NCBI GenBank assembly: GCA_963841435.1
Contig: CAWJCS010000005.1
Coordinates: 1,088,001-1,152,000 of the forward strand
Source: an uncultured delta proteobacterium
GTDB lineage: Bacteria; Myxococcota_A; Polyangia; Polyangiales; Polyangiaceae
Direction: 5' to 3'
Length of the DNA stretch: 64,000 nucleotides
Part shown: one piece after another, positions 49,380-64,000 of the stretch
Layout of the letters: the number at the start of each line of letters is the position of its first letter
Position numbering within the stretch: position 1 is the stretch's first letter
Notes under the pieces: generated by a model
Database searches by the model: none
Told to the model about the DNA's origin: nothing
What the model saw: the letters and a program-made list of their open reading frames with translations, nothing else
Program-made: the position numbers and the translations under genes

Positions 49380-49455
49380 TGCTTCGCCCGTCGGGTGGCG
49401 CCTCGCGATTGTTCTACGGCGGGCGCGCGTGGGGTCTCGCGCGACGGCTGCCCTC

Positions 49456-51060
49456 GTGCTCAACTCGGTCGCCGTGGGCACCCGTCGCGAGGCCTTCCGT
49501 ACGAACTACATGAGCGCGGATCGCCGCGTGCTGGGCCTCGCGCGCATCGCATTCGGCTTCGTGCTCGTCTACGATCTGATTCGGCGAGCGCGGGTGCTCG
49601 ACCTCCTCTACACGAACGAGGGGGTACTCCCAAACCATTTCGTGCTGTTCGAGCCTCAGGCTCGACCTCAGTTCTCGCTCTTGATGGGGTTTTCGACGCC
49701 CGCGGAGGCCCGCGTCGAGTTCGCGCTGATCTTCCTCGTCTACGCGCTCTACACGCTCGGGCTCTTCACGAAGCTGTCGCAGATCCTCGTGTTGCTCGTC
49801 TTCACGAGCCTGAACACGCGCAATCTCTTCGTCGAGGACGGCGGGATCTCGACGATGATCTCGTTTTCGGTGTGGAGCGTGTTCCTGCCGCTCGGGGACC
49901 GCTTTTCGCTCGATGCGCTCCGTCGTCAGGCGTCGCTGCCGAACCTCCGAGCGCGGATCCGAGCCCGGCGAGAGCTGCGGATGCCCGTCGTGTCTTTGGC
50001 CGTCCTGGCGCTCACCTTGCAGATCGTCGTCATTTATTGGCTGAACGCCGTGCACAAGACGGGGCCCACCTGGCGCCACGGGGAAGCCGTCCACTACGTG
50101 CTCTGGCAAAACCGCGTCACGACCCCGTTCGCCTGGTGGCTCGCACACCACGAGCCGCCGTATTTTTCCTGGCTCGCGACCAAGGGCACCCTGCTCGTCG
50201 AGTACACGATTCCGGTGCTCGTGCTCTATCCGGGTGTCGTTTGGACACGGGTGGTCGCTTTCGGGCTCAGCGTGGCGCTGCACGGCGGCATCGCGCTGCT
50301 CATGACGCTCGGGCCGTTTTCGTACGCCATGATGACACTCGTCTTGTCGCGCGTACCCGGCGACGCGCTCGACTGGGTCGCGAAGCGTCGTCCGCGGCAC
50401 CTCGCACGCGGTCTCGTGCGGCGCCGCGCCGCATGGACGGCCTGGCTCGCTCGCCGTGTGCCGCACGCGCCGGCGCCACGCCCTGCCGCCGTTCCGCTGC
50501 CGTGGGGAAAGCTCCGCGAGGGCACGGTGGCGTTCTTGATGGTGGCGGCCGGCGTGGAGCTCAGCCAGGTGAACCCCGGCGTCAGGCTCAAGCTGCCCCA
50601 GCCGGACTGGCTTCGCATGGTGGTGATGTATCCGCGGCTCACGCAACGCTGGAGCATGTTCGCGCCGCACGCGCCGACAGACGACGGCTTCGGTGTCGTC
50701 GATGCCGTCACGGCGGACGGACGTCACGTCAACCCGTTCACGGGAGAAGCTCCCGACTTCGAGGCCATGAACCGCGGACCGATAAAGGAGAAGATCGAGA
50801 CCGCGGACTACCTCTTCTCCGTCCACTTCCCCCCGAACGAGCGCTACCGCCGCGAGCTCGCGCGCTACATCGACCGCTATCACGAGCGCGAAGGTCTCGG
50901 CCCGAAAGACCGCATCGTCAGCTACGACGTTTACTGGGTGTCGCACGACTCGCCGCCCCCCGGCTCCGTCACGCCGGGCCCGCTGCGCCGCGAGCCGTTC
51001 CTGCGCAGCCGACACGGCCGTCTGCTTCAGATCCGTCCCGCCACTGAGGCGAAACCGTGA
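49456..51060 (+). CDS. HTTM domain membrane protein
   Basis: LGLARI, YTNEGVLP, FLPLG.RFSLD, Q..VIY..N..HK.G..W..G and Q.WSMFAP. Start lies between 49456 and 49510. Confidence 0.8.
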   Translation: MLNSVAVGTRREAFRTNYMSADRRVLGLARIAFGFVLVYDLIRRARVLDLLYTNEGVLPNHFVLFEPQARPQFSLLMGFSTPAEARVEFALIFLVYALYTLGLFTKLSQILVLLVFTSLNTRNLFVEDGGISTMISFSVWSVFLPLGDRFSLDALRRQASLPNLRARIRARRELRMPVVSLAVLALTLQIVVIYWLNAVHKTGPTWRHGEAVHYVLWQNRVTTPFAWWLAHHEPPYFSWLATKGTLLVEYTIPVLVLYPGVVWTRVVAFGLSVALHGGIALLMTLGPFSYAMMTLVLSRVPGDALDWVAKRRPRHLARGLVRRRAAWTAWLARRVPHAPAPRPAAVPLPWGKLREGTVAFLMVAAGVELSQVNPGVRLKLPQPDWLRMVVMYPRLTQRWSMFAPHAPTDDGFGVVDAVTADGRHVNPFTGEAPDFEAMNRGPIKEKIETADYLFSVHFPPNERYRRELARYIDRYHEREGLGPKDRIVSYDVYWVSHDSPPPGSVTPGPLRREPFLRSRHGRLLQIRPATEAKP

Positions 51061-51539
51061 GCGCGGAGCCGTCGGCGCTCGACCTCACGTGGATGACGGC
51101 AGCGCTCGCCGAGGCCGACCTCGCCCCTGGGCACGCCAACGTCCCGGTCGGCTGCATCGTCGTCGACGGCGACGGCAACGAGCTTGCCCGCGCGCACAAT
51201 CAGCGGGAAAAGGACGGCGACCCCACGGCGCACGCCGAGCTCCTGGCGCTTCGCGCGGCGTCGCGAAGGCGCGGGCACTGGCGGCTCGACGGCGCCACCG
51301 TCTACTCCACTCTCGAGCCCTGCCCCATGTGCGCAGGCGGGCTCGTCGCGGCCCGGGTCTCGCGGCTCGTCTTCGGCGCCACGGACCCGAAGGCAGGCGC
51401 TGTCGTGTCGCTGTTCTCGATCGGAGACGACCCCCGGCTCAACCATCGCATCCTCGTGACGCCCGGTGTCATGGCCGCCGAAAGCGCGGCGCGCCTGGGC
51501 GCCTTCTTCGCGAAGCTACGCGCTGCGGGGGAGCGCTAG
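51057..51539 (+). CDS. tadA: tRNA adenosine(34) deaminase
   Basis: VPVGC, DPTAHAE, TLEPCPMC, DPKAGA and LNHR. Confidence 0.9.
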   Translation: MSAEPSALDLTWMTAALAEADLAPGHANVPVGCIVVDGDGNELARAHNQREKDGDPTAHAELLALRAASRRRGHWRLDGATVYSTLEPCPMCAGGLVAARVSRLVFGATDPKAGAVVSLFSIGDDPRLNHRILVTPGVMAAESAARLGAFFAKLRAAGER

Positions 51540-51686
51540 CGAGCGCCCGCGGTTCCCAGAAATGCGCCCGAAACGCCTCGGTACGGGCTTCGCAGGCCCA
51601 GTCTTCGTAGACGCGCTCGGACGGTCGCCTGTGGGCACGCTTTGAGCTAGTCTCCGCGCCCCGTCCCTTACTCCTCGGAGAGAATC

Positions 51687-52760
51687 ATGAGCCAGCTCGG
51701 CAGCATTCAGACGCACCTCGGCGAAAAGGCCAGCTACTACCTCGAGCACGTCAGCAAGACGGTCCCCAAAGACAAGCTCCACCTGCCAAGCTCGAGCTTC
51801 GTGGACGACGTCTACTCGAGCTCCGACCGCAGCCCTCAGACGCTCCGGAGCCTGCAGGATCTGTTCTCGCACGGCCGCCTCGCCGGCACGGGATACATGT
51901 CGATCCTCCCGGTCGACCAGGGCATCGAGCATTCGGCGGGCGCGTCCTTCGCCAAGAACCCGGCCTACTTCGACCCTGAAAACATCGTGAAGCTCGCCAT
52001 CGAGGGCGGTTGCAACGCGGTCGCCAGCACGTTCGGCGTGCTCGGCATGGTGGCGCGCAAGTTCGCCCACAAGATCCCGTTCATGGTGAAGTTCAACCAC
52101 AACGAGCTTCTCACCTATCCGAACAAGGCCGAGCAGATCACCTGGGGCACGATCAAGCAGGCCTGGGAGATGGGCTGCACGGCCGTGGGCGCCACGGTCT
52201 ACTTCGGCTCTTCGGACGCCTCACGCCAGATCGTCGAGGTCTCGCAGATGTTCCAGCAAGCCCACGAGCTCGGGATGGCGACGGTGCTCTGGTGCTACCT
52301 CCGGAACAACGCTTTCAAGGTCGGCGGCGTCAACTACCATCTGGCGGCCGATCTCACGGGCCAGGCCAACCACCTCGGTGTCACGATGGGCGCGGACATC
52401 ATCAAGCAGAAGCTTCCCGAGGTGAACGGCGGCTTCAAGGCGCTCAACACGGGCGGGTCGTCCTACGGCAAGCTCGACGAGCGCATCTACAGCGAGCTCA
52501 CGAGCGATCACCCCATTGACCTTTGCCGGTACCAGGTCGTCAACTGCTACATGGGACGCGCCGGCCTCATCAATAGCGGCGGCGCCTCGGGCAAGAACGA
52601 CTTCGGCGAGGCCGTGACGACGGCCGTCATCAACAAGCGTGCGGGCGGCACGGGCCTCATCAGCGGCCGCAAGGCGTTCCAGCGTCCGATGGCCGAAGGC
52701 GCGAAGCTGCTCCAAACCATCCAGGACGTGTACCTCTGCAAAGAGGTCACCGTCGCCTGA
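51687..52760 (+). CDS. fbaB: class I fructose-bisphosphate aldolase
   Basis: [23 protein letters not shown] and [10 protein letters not shown], with a GGAG RBS. Confidence 0.96.
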   Translation: MSQLGSIQTHLGEKASYYLEHVSKTVPKDKLHLPSSSFVDDVYSSSDRSPQTLRSLQDLFSHGRLAGTGYMSILPVDQGIEHSAGASFAKNPAYFDPENIVKLAIEGGCNAVASTFGVLGMVARKFAHKIPFMVKFNHNELLTYPNKAEQITWGTIKQAWEMGCTAVGATVYFGSSDASRQIVEVSQMFQQAHELGMATVLWCYLRNNAFKVGGVNYHLAADLTGQANHLGVTMGADIIKQKLPEVNGGFKALNTGGSSYGKLDERIYSELTSDHPIDLCRYQVVNCYMGRAGLINSGGASGKNDFGEAVTTAVINKRAGGTGLISGRKAFQRPMAEGAKLLQTIQDVYLCKEVTVA

Positions 52761-52787
52761 CGCCGCCGGCGTCGGCCCGCCACCCGC

Positions 52788-55103
52788 TCAGAGCTCGCCT
52801 TCGGGCTCGAAGGGCTCGGCTTCTCCGCCCTCGTCGGGCCCGGGAGCGCCGAGCCCCGGTCCTGGTTGGCGAAACGCGACCTGCTCTTCGAGCCCGGCCT
52901 CGAGCTCCTCGTCCGTGATGCGCTCGATGCGCCGCGCAATGCCCATCAGCTTCTTCAGGTAACGCGACCAGCGCTCGCTGACGCGCCCGTCGGGCTCGAA
53001 GTGCTGCCGCGTCGGGTCCGGCAGGATCGACGCGAGGTAGAGCGACTGACCCAGCGTGAGGTCGCGCGCATCCGTGGCGAAGTAGTGGTCGGCCGCCGCC
53101 CCAATGCCGTACACGCCCGGACCGAGCTCCACCACGTTCAGATAGAGCGCCATGAGCTCTTCCTTCGTGAGTTGCTGCTCGAGCAGCATCGTGAAAAATG
53201 CCTCCTGGATCTTGCGCGCGAGCGTCTTCTCCGGCCCAAGATAGAGGTTCTTCGCGAGTTGCATGCTGATGGTGCTCGCGCCACGCACGAAGCGCCCGGC
53301 ACGCACGTCCTCCTTGATGGCTTTCTCGATGGCGCGGTAGTCGAACCCGCCGTGGCGGAAGAAGCCGCCGTCTTCGCACACGAGCACCGCCGTTTCCATG
53401 GACTTCGGGATGTCGTGGTAGGGGACCCAACCGGGCGTGGCGGGGCCGCTTTCGATCGTGACCGGTGAGCCGTCCGGGCCCTTCACGTCGCGCGACCAGA
53501 CGTGGCGGAAGCGATCCGGCGATAGCCCCGCTGGGATCTTCACGATGCGACAGTCGTTCTTCACGTCGAGGCGAACCTTCATCGCCTCGAGGTCCGTGGT
53601 GTCGACGTCAACGTCGTAGTGCAGTGAGAAGGTGCCTTCGAGCGCCATCCCGCCGAGCTCTGCGGTGAGGGCGGCGGGCAGCGCGCTCAGCATCGTCTCG
53701 CACGACGCGAGCGGCACGCCGCCTTTCGAACGCAAATGCAGCCGACCTGGGCCACGCGAAAGCTCGAGCGACGCGCCGAGCGTCAGCTCACCGAGCGAAA
53801 CCTCCGCGTCTTCTAGCGAGAGCTCGCTACCGTCGACGCTGACCTCGCCTGCGCCGCGAAAGCCGAGCCTCACGCCCCGGATCTCGCCGGGAGCGAGCGC
53901 CGGACGCAGCACGGAGAGATTCGCGAGCCGCCCGGAGCCTCGCGCGGAAATCTTCCCGACCTGTTCCGACAGCGTCAGCACGGCGTGCGCCTCGAGCGTC
54001 GCCGCGTGGGTGCGCATCAGCCCGAGCTCTCCGTCCTGCACGCCGAGCAACGACAAGGGGACGGGGCCGCCCTCGACCTCGAGCGTCGGGTCACCCGACG
54101 GTAGTGGGAGTCGCCCCCTGAGCGACAACGCCGTCCCGTGGTTGGCTCCTCCCATGCGGGGCGCGAGCACCACCGTCACCTGGGCAGCCTGACGGACGAC
54201 CTCCACGGTGCTCGGCCCGAAGCTCACGCGCTCTCCCCCCACACCGAGCTCCAGACGAACCTGTTCGACCTTGGCGCTCGCGCCTTCCGGCAAGGCTTGC
54301 GTCGCCGCCGTACGCAGCCAAGTGGCCACGTTCGCGGGGCTCGCCCCGACCGCCGGCGCCGCGGGCGCGGCCGCGCTGCCCGAAGCAACCGACGGCACCG
54401 CCTGGGAAGCGCCACCCGGCGCGCGGGGCGGGGCCATGGTCCGCGCTCCGGTCCCGAGGAGCTCCTCGGCATTCGCCCAGGCATCCACGCTCTGGGCGCT
54501 CGCGCCGCGCAGGCCGCCCGGCTCCCGCTCGGACCACTCCGCGCGGACGCCGCGAGCGCGAGCCCCAAGCCCGGGCCGCGACACGACCGCAAGGTCTGCC
54601 CCCACGGCGCTCGTGCCGCCGCCGCGCCGGAACGCGATCCCCCAGACGTGCGCCGCGCCCCCCGCCGGCAGCTCCGTCCACGTGAGCTCGACGCCATCGC
54701 CGACGAGCGCGCGGCCGCTCCCCCGCGCCCCGCTGCCCCCGGCGGGGCGCGCCACCGCGGCGCGCACGGCTTCGACGCTGCCCTGAAGCCGCACCCTGCC
54801 GCCGTGCACCTCGACGGGCCCGTCACCCAGGGGCACCAGCACGGCATCGAGCGACCCCTGAACGGCCCGAGCGCGCATGCTCCGCACCCGGAGCCCGAGC
54901 AGCCAGAGCCCACCGCGCCCCAACCGCACGCGCGCCACCTCGACGCTCAATCCCCGCGCCGCCGCGCGCTTCTCCAACTGGTAGCGCGCCACGGGACCGA
55001 CGACACCCACGCCGAGCCCCACCACGAACACGATGAGCAACGCGACGAAGCCGCGCTGGCGCGCCTTCCCAAGGTCCTTCCAGAGCTCTCCGAGGCGCGC
55101 CAC
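52788..55103 (-). CDS. monofunctional peptidoglycan transglycosylase (GT51) with a long N-terminal extension
   Basis: EDGGFFRHGG, GASTISMQLAKNL, RKIQE and YLNVVELG. N-terminal TM anchor; no transpeptidase domain. Confidence 0.88.
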   Translation of the reverse strand: MARLGELWKDLGKARQRGFVALLIVFVVGLGVGVVGPVARYQLEKRAAARGLSVEVARVRLGRGGLWLLGLRVRSMRARAVQGSLDAVLVPLGDGPVEVHGGRVRLQGSVEAVRAAVARPAGGSGARGSGRALVGDGVELTWTELPAGGAAHVWGIAFRRGGGTSAVGADLAVVSRPGLGARARGVRAEWSEREPGGLRGASAQSVDAWANAEELLGTGARTMAPPRAPGGASQAVPSVASGSAAAPAAPAVGASPANVATWLRTAATQALPEGASAKVEQVRLELGVGGERVSFGPSTVEVVRQAAQVTVVLAPRMGGANHGTALSLRGRLPLPSGDPTLEVEGGPVPLSLLGVQDGELGLMRTHAATLEAHAVLTLSEQVGKISARGSGRLANLSVLRPALAPGEIRGVRLGFRGAGEVSVDGSELSLEDAEVSLGELTLGASLELSRGPGRLHLRSKGGVPLASCETMLSALPAALTAELGGMALEGTFSLHYDVDVDTTDLEAMKVRLDVKNDCRIVKIPAGLSPDRFRHVWSRDVKGPDGSPVTIESGPATPGWVPYHDIPKSMETAVLVCEDGGFFRHGGFDYRAIEKAIKEDVRAGRFVRGASTISMQLAKNLYLGPEKTLARKIQEAFFTMLLEQQLTKEELMALYLNVVELGPGVYGIGAAADHYFATDARDLTLGQSLYLASILPDPTRQHFEPDGRVSERWSRYLKKLMGIARRIERITDEELEAGLEEQVAFRQPGPGLGAPGPDEGGEAEPFEPEGEL

Positions 55104-55195
55104 GCTGGCACATGGCGTAGCGCCGTCGCGCCACCGACGCGAACGTTGCCGCGCGCGGCCCAGCCGGGGCCCCGGCGTCTGCGCACCGCGGGCAC

Positions 55196-55231
55196 AAAAA
55201 AACGGCCTCGACGGGGTGCGTCGAGGCCGTT
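55196..55231 (-). terminator. rrn operon intrinsic terminator
   Basis: 12-bp stem AACGGCCTCGAC/GTCGAGGCCGTT followed by a T-tract on the minus strand. Confidence 0.9.
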
Positions 55232-55240
55232 GGTGAATTA

Positions 55241-55358
55241 ACCCGGCAGCGTCCTACTCTCCCACACAGTTGCCCGTGCAGTACCATCGGCTCCGAGAAG
55301 CTTGACTTCCGAGTTCGGGATGGGATCGGGTATGGCCTTCTCGATATAGCCACCGGAA
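55241..55358 (-). rRNA. rrf: 5S rRNA
   Basis: Conserved CCCGATCCCATCCCGAACTCGGAAGT, GATGGTACTG and GGGAGAGTAGG. Ends are approximate. Confidence 0.96.
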
Positions 55359-55587
55359 ACGTTGGGCATCCAGCTCAGCAGATGAAGGTGCTGCGCTCGG
55401 TTCGTCCGTGCTCACTCGCGCGCTCCGCGTCGAATCTCGAGGATTCGAAAGGGAGAACGCGGGCGAACTCGTGGGTCACCGGCCGCGACGCTCGCGCCTA
55501 TCGTCTTGCGACGACAACGCTCGAACGCGCAGGGGCGACCACCGCCCGGACTCCGGGCACTAGCTACAATGTTTGCCTTAGAGAATT

Positions 55588-58592
<3,005 letters not shown>

Positions 58593-58892
58593 TAATCCCT
58601 AAGGCACGCATCGAGCTGGTACCCGGAGTCCGTATGACGAACTCTTTGATTACCAGCGCAGCGCCGAAACGAAGCCGCTTCGCGCGGTTCTTCTTCGCTT
58701 CGATTGGGAACGGTCGCAGCAGCAAGGGCCTGCTTACGAACCGTCCTCTACCTTCAATCTTGCTAGCTTTGGACGCTTACGTTTCTATTGTGCTTAGAAT
58801 GTCAGAGAACCTTCGAGGCACGTGGCCTCCGCGGCGCTGCGTCCGCGAGCCGAACCTTGCGGTCCGGAGAAGACTTTTTTGGGTATCGGCGG

Positions 58893-58965
58893 TGGAGCTG
58901 ATCGGGATCGAACCGACGACCTCAGGCTTGCAAAGCCCGCGCTCTCCCAGCTGAGCTACAGCCCC
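58893..58965 (-). tRNA. tRNA-Ala(TGC), CCA not encoded
   Basis: GGGGCTGTAGCTCAGCTGGGAGAGC...TTTGCAA...GGTTCGATCC. Confidence 0.97.
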
Positions 58966-58980
58966 GAGGGTGGCTCGAGG

Positions 58981-59054
<74 letters not shown>

Positions 59055-59233
59055 AGGAGGCGGGGCGAAGCCCCGCCGAGAACCTATCCCGGGCAGTCAT
59101 TCTGCCCGCTTCGGTCCTTCAAAACTGAGTCCCATCACCCGCGCATCGAGTCGCTCCGGCTCTTAGCGATCTAGCCGGAGCTTCGCTACGTCGCGGGGCT
59201 TTGACCTAGGTGCCCATCCGAAACCGGATGGTG

Positions 59234-60797
<1,564 letters not shown>

Positions 60798-60986
60798 AGA
60801 TCCTTCGGCAAGCTCGACGGGGTTAGCCGCCGAACCGCCATGTGGCTCGCTATCTTCGAACTCGTTCGTCACGTCCGGGGAGAACGGACGAACGTTTTTT
60901 GTCTACCCGCGCGATTTCTCGCGGGGTGATGGGGCTCAGTTTTCAAGGATCGAGGGGAGAACCGCTCCTCCCGAACAGGGGCGCGG

Positions 60987-61015
60987 AACCTAGTCCCCAA
61001 ACCAAAACCTGTCAA
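60987..61015 (-). promoter_or_regulatory. sigma70-type rrn promoter
   Basis: TTGACA-17 nt-TAGGTT followed by a GC-rich discriminator CCGCGCCCC. Confidence 0.8.
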
Positions 61016-61076
61016 AGAGATTTCGAGAGGTTTTCTTGGCCGCCTGGCCGACTTACTCCGAACCGACTTATTCTAG

Positions 61077-61721
61077 TCACAAATCGCTCGCGAACCAGGC
61101 TCCGAGCGGCTCGCGAACCAGGGCAAACTCGAGACCATTCGCCATCCTCGCGCGGTAGGCGACCTCCCGCGCGGCGCGGCTGAAATTGGCGTGCCGGCCG
61201 AGGATGGTCACGGGCTGCCAACCCCCTTCGAGCCAGACCGCAATGGGGCGGTGCCGGTCGCCAGGGACCGTCTGTACGTCCACCCGGAGCCAGCGCTCGC
61301 CGTCGCCCAGCAGCTTCGTCGTTGGCAGACCCGCCTCATGCTCGATGGCGCGTGCCGCTTCGGCGACGACCCGGCGCGACACCTCGAAGCGGGAGCGGGG
61401 AAGCTCGAGCACGAGCGCGTAGCCCTCGGCGAGCGAGACGACGGCGAAGCTTCGCACGCCGGAGCGCACGAAGAGCTCCATGGCGTCCGCAAAGCCCGGC
61501 TTCGCGATGTCGTGAATCACGTCGAGGACGATGCGCCACTCGGCCGCCATGACCCGAATGGCGAAGGGGTCGCGATATCCCGCGTAGTCGACCGTCTCTC
61601 CCCCCTGGTCGACGAGCGCTGCGCCGGTGGCGCGCGTGCCCTCGCAGAGCCGCATGAGGATTCCGCTGAAGACGGACGGTTCCTGGTCACGCTGGGCGAG
61701 CGTTCGGCGGCCCGAGCTCAT
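61077..61721 (-). CDS. hypothetical protein with a roadblock/LC7-like N-terminal domain
   Basis: F..IL..L....ATGAALVDQGGETVDYAG pattern. Its start overlaps the upstream gene's stop. Confidence 0.6.
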   Translation of the reverse strand: MSSGRRTLAQRDQEPSVFSGILMRLCEGTRATGAALVDQGGETVDYAGYRDPFAIRVMAAEWRIVLDVIHDIAKPGFADAMELFVRSGVRSFAVVSLAEGYALVLELPRSRFEVSRRVVAEAARAIEHEAGLPTTKLLGDGERWLRVDVQTVPGDRHRPIAVWLEGGWQPVTILGRHANFSRAAREVAYRARMANGLEFALVREPLGAWFASDL

Positions 61722-62662
61722 GGCGTCACGCGAACGAACGCGGTGAGCGTCTCCGCGTCACGCGTCGATTCAATGGTCGTGGTCGCGCGGAGCTGCTGCT
61801 TGAGCTCGGCGAGAGCGTGCGCCGCGCGACGGGTCCAGATGGCGTCCTCGAGGAGCACGCGGCGCTCTTCGAGGCTCGGCCGATATGCGGGCAATCGCTT
61901 TTCGAGCAGGATGACGTGGAAGCCGAACACGGTTTCGACGATCGGGCTCTGCTCGCCAGGCTCCCCGATGGCGTGAGCGGCGTGCGCGAAGGTGAGGTCG
62001 AACTGGCCAAGCGGCTCCGGGCGCCCTTCCGCACCTTCGGCCGGATTGAAGGTGCGGCCGTCGGGCGTAACGAACGGCAGCCGTTCGGCTACAACCTCGA
62101 GATCGGCGGTGGAGAATTGCTGCGCGCGGGCGACGAACGCCTTCTGATCGCGAATGCCCGCGAGGGCTTTCTGGAGCTCCGTGGCCACGGCGAGCGCCCG
62201 CGCCCGCATTTCGGGTTTCTCGACGCGCACGACGGCATGCGTGGTCTTCACGCTGACGGGACGATCGAGCTCGATCCAGCGCTCGCGCGTCAGGGACACG
62301 ACCTCCTGGTCGGTGGGCGGCAACTTTCGGGCGTCGGCCCGGAGCCGCTCGAGCACGGCGCGCGCGAGCACACCGCGCTCGGCAACCGTGACGGCGGGGC
62401 CCATGGAAGCGTCGGCACGAGCACTCGCGGCGAACAGTGCGTCACTGATGGCGCGCTCGCGCGCGGGGCGCGCCGCGAGTCCCTGAGCGGCCGCGATCCG
62501 CGCCACGGTGGCGACGGTGATCTCGTCGTCGCCGACGAGGGCCGCAACCCCGGCGGGCAGCTTTTCGTGCTCGTGCGACGGAACGGCTCTGCCGCCGCTG
62601 CAGGCGACGGTCGAAGCGAAAAGGGGGCATGCGGCGAGCAAGCGCAGCCGCGCGCCCGTCAT
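61718..62662 (-). CDS. parvulin (PpiC-type) peptidyl-prolyl isomerase lipoprotein
   Basis: TVAC lipobox, THAVV and F..AAHAI..PGEQSPIVETVFGFHVI. Confidence 0.82.
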   Translation of the reverse strand: MTGARLRLLAACPLFASTVACSGGRAVPSHEHEKLPAGVAALVGDDEITVATVARIAAAQGLAARPARERAISDALFAASARADASMGPAVTVAERGVLARAVLERLRADARKLPPTDQEVVSLTRERWIELDRPVSVKTTHAVVRVEKPEMRARALAVATELQKALAGIRDQKAFVARAQQFSTADLEVVAERLPFVTPDGRTFNPAEGAEGRPEPLGQFDLTFAHAAHAIGEPGEQSPIVETVFGFHVILLEKRLPAYRPSLEERRVLLEDAIWTRRAAHALAELKQQLRATTTIESTRDAETLTAFVRVTP

Positions 62663-62859
62663 CGGCCGGACCTCGGGCGCAGCATGTCGGTGGCGGCTTT
62701 GAGCGCGAGCCCGCCCACGAGCAAGAGGTAGAGGGCCTGGAGATCCTTCTGAGCGCCGAGCGCGCGAACCCCGAGCACGAACGAAAGGCACGCTCCGAGG
62801 AACAGCAGCACGTTGACGACGTTCGCCACGATGGCCGCACGCACGCGCTGGTCAGACAC
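62659..62859 (-). CDS. small two-TM membrane protein
   Basis: 66 aa with an AGGAG RBS and two hydrophobic helices. Its stop overlaps the next start. Confidence 0.7.
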   Translation of the reverse strand: MSDQRVRAAIVANVVNVLLFLGACLSFVLGVRALGAQKDLQALYLLLVGGLALKAATDMLRPRSGR

Positions 62860-62910
62860 GAGCCGAGCTCCTAGCTTGCGCTCGAACGTCTGCGGACGGG
62901 GCGATTGCGC

Positions 62911-63621
62911 TCATCGGAAGGCCGCCCACACCAAGCCGAGCCCGAAAAGCACGGCGAGCAAAGCGCCCGGCACGGACGCCGCGTCGAGCCGGGCTTTGGG
63001 CGAGCGGAGCTCGTGCCTCAGCCCCTGGGCAAGCGCGATGCGGCCGGCGACCGCGAGGAGCAGCAGCGCGCAAGCGGTCGCCGCCGCGTGCGAGAAGAGC
63101 GCGTGCTCGGTGCGCTCGACGCGGAACGAAAGCGCACCGAGCGCGAGGGCGACACCGACCGCGACGACGGCGACCAGGACCCCCGCTCGGGGGGTATGGG
63201 CGCGCGGTGCGAGCGGAGCCCCCCGCGCGAGGCGCGGCGCGGTGTCGAACGAGGGCGAGCGCCCGGCGCGACCCCAGCCGAACGCGAACAGGAGCCAGGC
63301 GAGCGCTCCGGCTGCGGCCCGCGCGTGATCGAGACGATCGGGAGCGAGCTCCGGACGCAGCAGCGTCCACGAGACCGCGCAGCTGACGACGAACGCATAG
63401 AGCGCGAACACTCGGCTCGAGGCGGCGCGCCCACCCAGCGAGAAAAAGACGAGCACCAGCATGGCGAGCGCCACGCCGGCGGCAACACGCGGCACGAGCC
63501 CGCCGCCGGCCTGGCGCGCCGGCTCCGCGACCGTGATCAGCCAGGCGAACAGGCCCGGCACGAGGACGAGGGAGCGCGCTCCCGACGACGGCGACTCACG
63601 GGAAGGGCTCGACTCAGTCAT
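62911..63621 (-). CDS. polytopic membrane hypothetical protein
   Basis: About seven hydrophobic segments. Its start overlaps the end of pepA. Confidence 0.7.
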   Translation of the reverse strand: MTESSPSRESPSSGARSLVLVPGLFAWLITVAEPARQAGGGLVPRVAAGVALAMLVLVFFSLGGRAASSRVFALYAFVVSCAVSWTLLRPELAPDRLDHARAAAGALAWLLFAFGWGRAGRSPSFDTAPRLARGAPLAPRAHTPRAGVLVAVVAVGVALALGALSFRVERTEHALFSHAAATACALLLLAVAGRIALAQGLRHELRSPKARLDAASVPGALLAVLFGLGLVWAAFR

Positions 63622-64000
63622 GGCCGCGCGGCGAGAACGACTCGACCAGGCGCAGGAAGGTGAGCACCGGATGGCCGGTGGCGCCCTTCGGGTAGAAGCC
63701 CTTCGCGCGATCCGCGTACACGGGACCTGCAACGTCGCAGTGAATCCACGGGCAATCGCCGACGAACTCCTTGAGGAAAAGCGCGGCGAGGATCGAACCA
63801 CCGTAGCGGTCGCCCGTGTGCTTGAGATCGGCAATATCACTCTTTAGCTGCTCGGCGAGCTCGGCGAGCAAGGGCATGCGCCAGAACGACTCGCCGGCGT
63901 CGCGAGCGGCAGCGTCGAGCGCCCCGGCAAGCTCGTCGTCGGTGGCGTAGAACGCAGAGCACGTCTTACCCAGCGCAACGAGCGCGGCACCGGTGAGGGT
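63614..64000 (-). CDS. pepA: leucyl aminopeptidase (M17), C-terminal part only
   Basis: TLTGA..VALG, FWRMPL, LKSDIADL, GGSI.AALFLKEF and WIHCDVAGP. Confidence 0.92.
   Translation of the reverse strand, partial: TLTGAALVALGKTCSAFYATDDELAGALDAAARDAGESFWRMPLLAELAEQLKSDIADLKHTGDRYGGSILAALFLKEFVGDCPWIHCDVAGPVYADRAKGFYPKGATGHPVLTFLRLVESFSPRGHD

Overview
This is a GC-rich chromosomal window from a myxobacterium. The 16S sequence and the many Gly-rich lipoproteins point to Polyangiales/Sorangiineae; this placement is an inference, not a database result. The window holds about 50 coding genes, tRNA-Arg(ACG) and a complete minus-strand rrn operon (16S, tRNA-Ile, tRNA-Ala, 23S, 5S). Housekeeping genes include a carboxyltransferase, ilvD, fbaB, tadA and pepA. 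There is also a Zn/Mn uptake operon, a multi-kinase phosphorelay cluster, an amino-sugar cluster and an orphan N6-adenine methyltransferase. No integrase, transposase, reverse transcriptase, Cas or phage genes were recognised. Six otherwise intact genes carry single-base frameshifts, most likely long-read errors. The most notable unexplained structures are: (1) a candidate ~180-nt sigma54-driven small RNA with hairpins, repeated GCUUC motifs and an intrinsic terminator (2872-3081); (2) a 143-bp tandem array reiterating the 3' end of tRNA-Arg (3391-3830); (3) a 1.5-kb single-gene cassette with its own sigma54 promoter, bounded by a perfect 85-bp duplication of a host gene's 3' end (5812-7507); (4) a His/Cys-rich ORF ending APKQSPPA upstream of the metal-uptake operon, a candidate metal-sensing arrest leader; (5) a multi-wHTH regulator coupled to a lipoprotein gene; (6) a porin / binding-protein / hybrid-kinase signalling module with no DNA-binding output.
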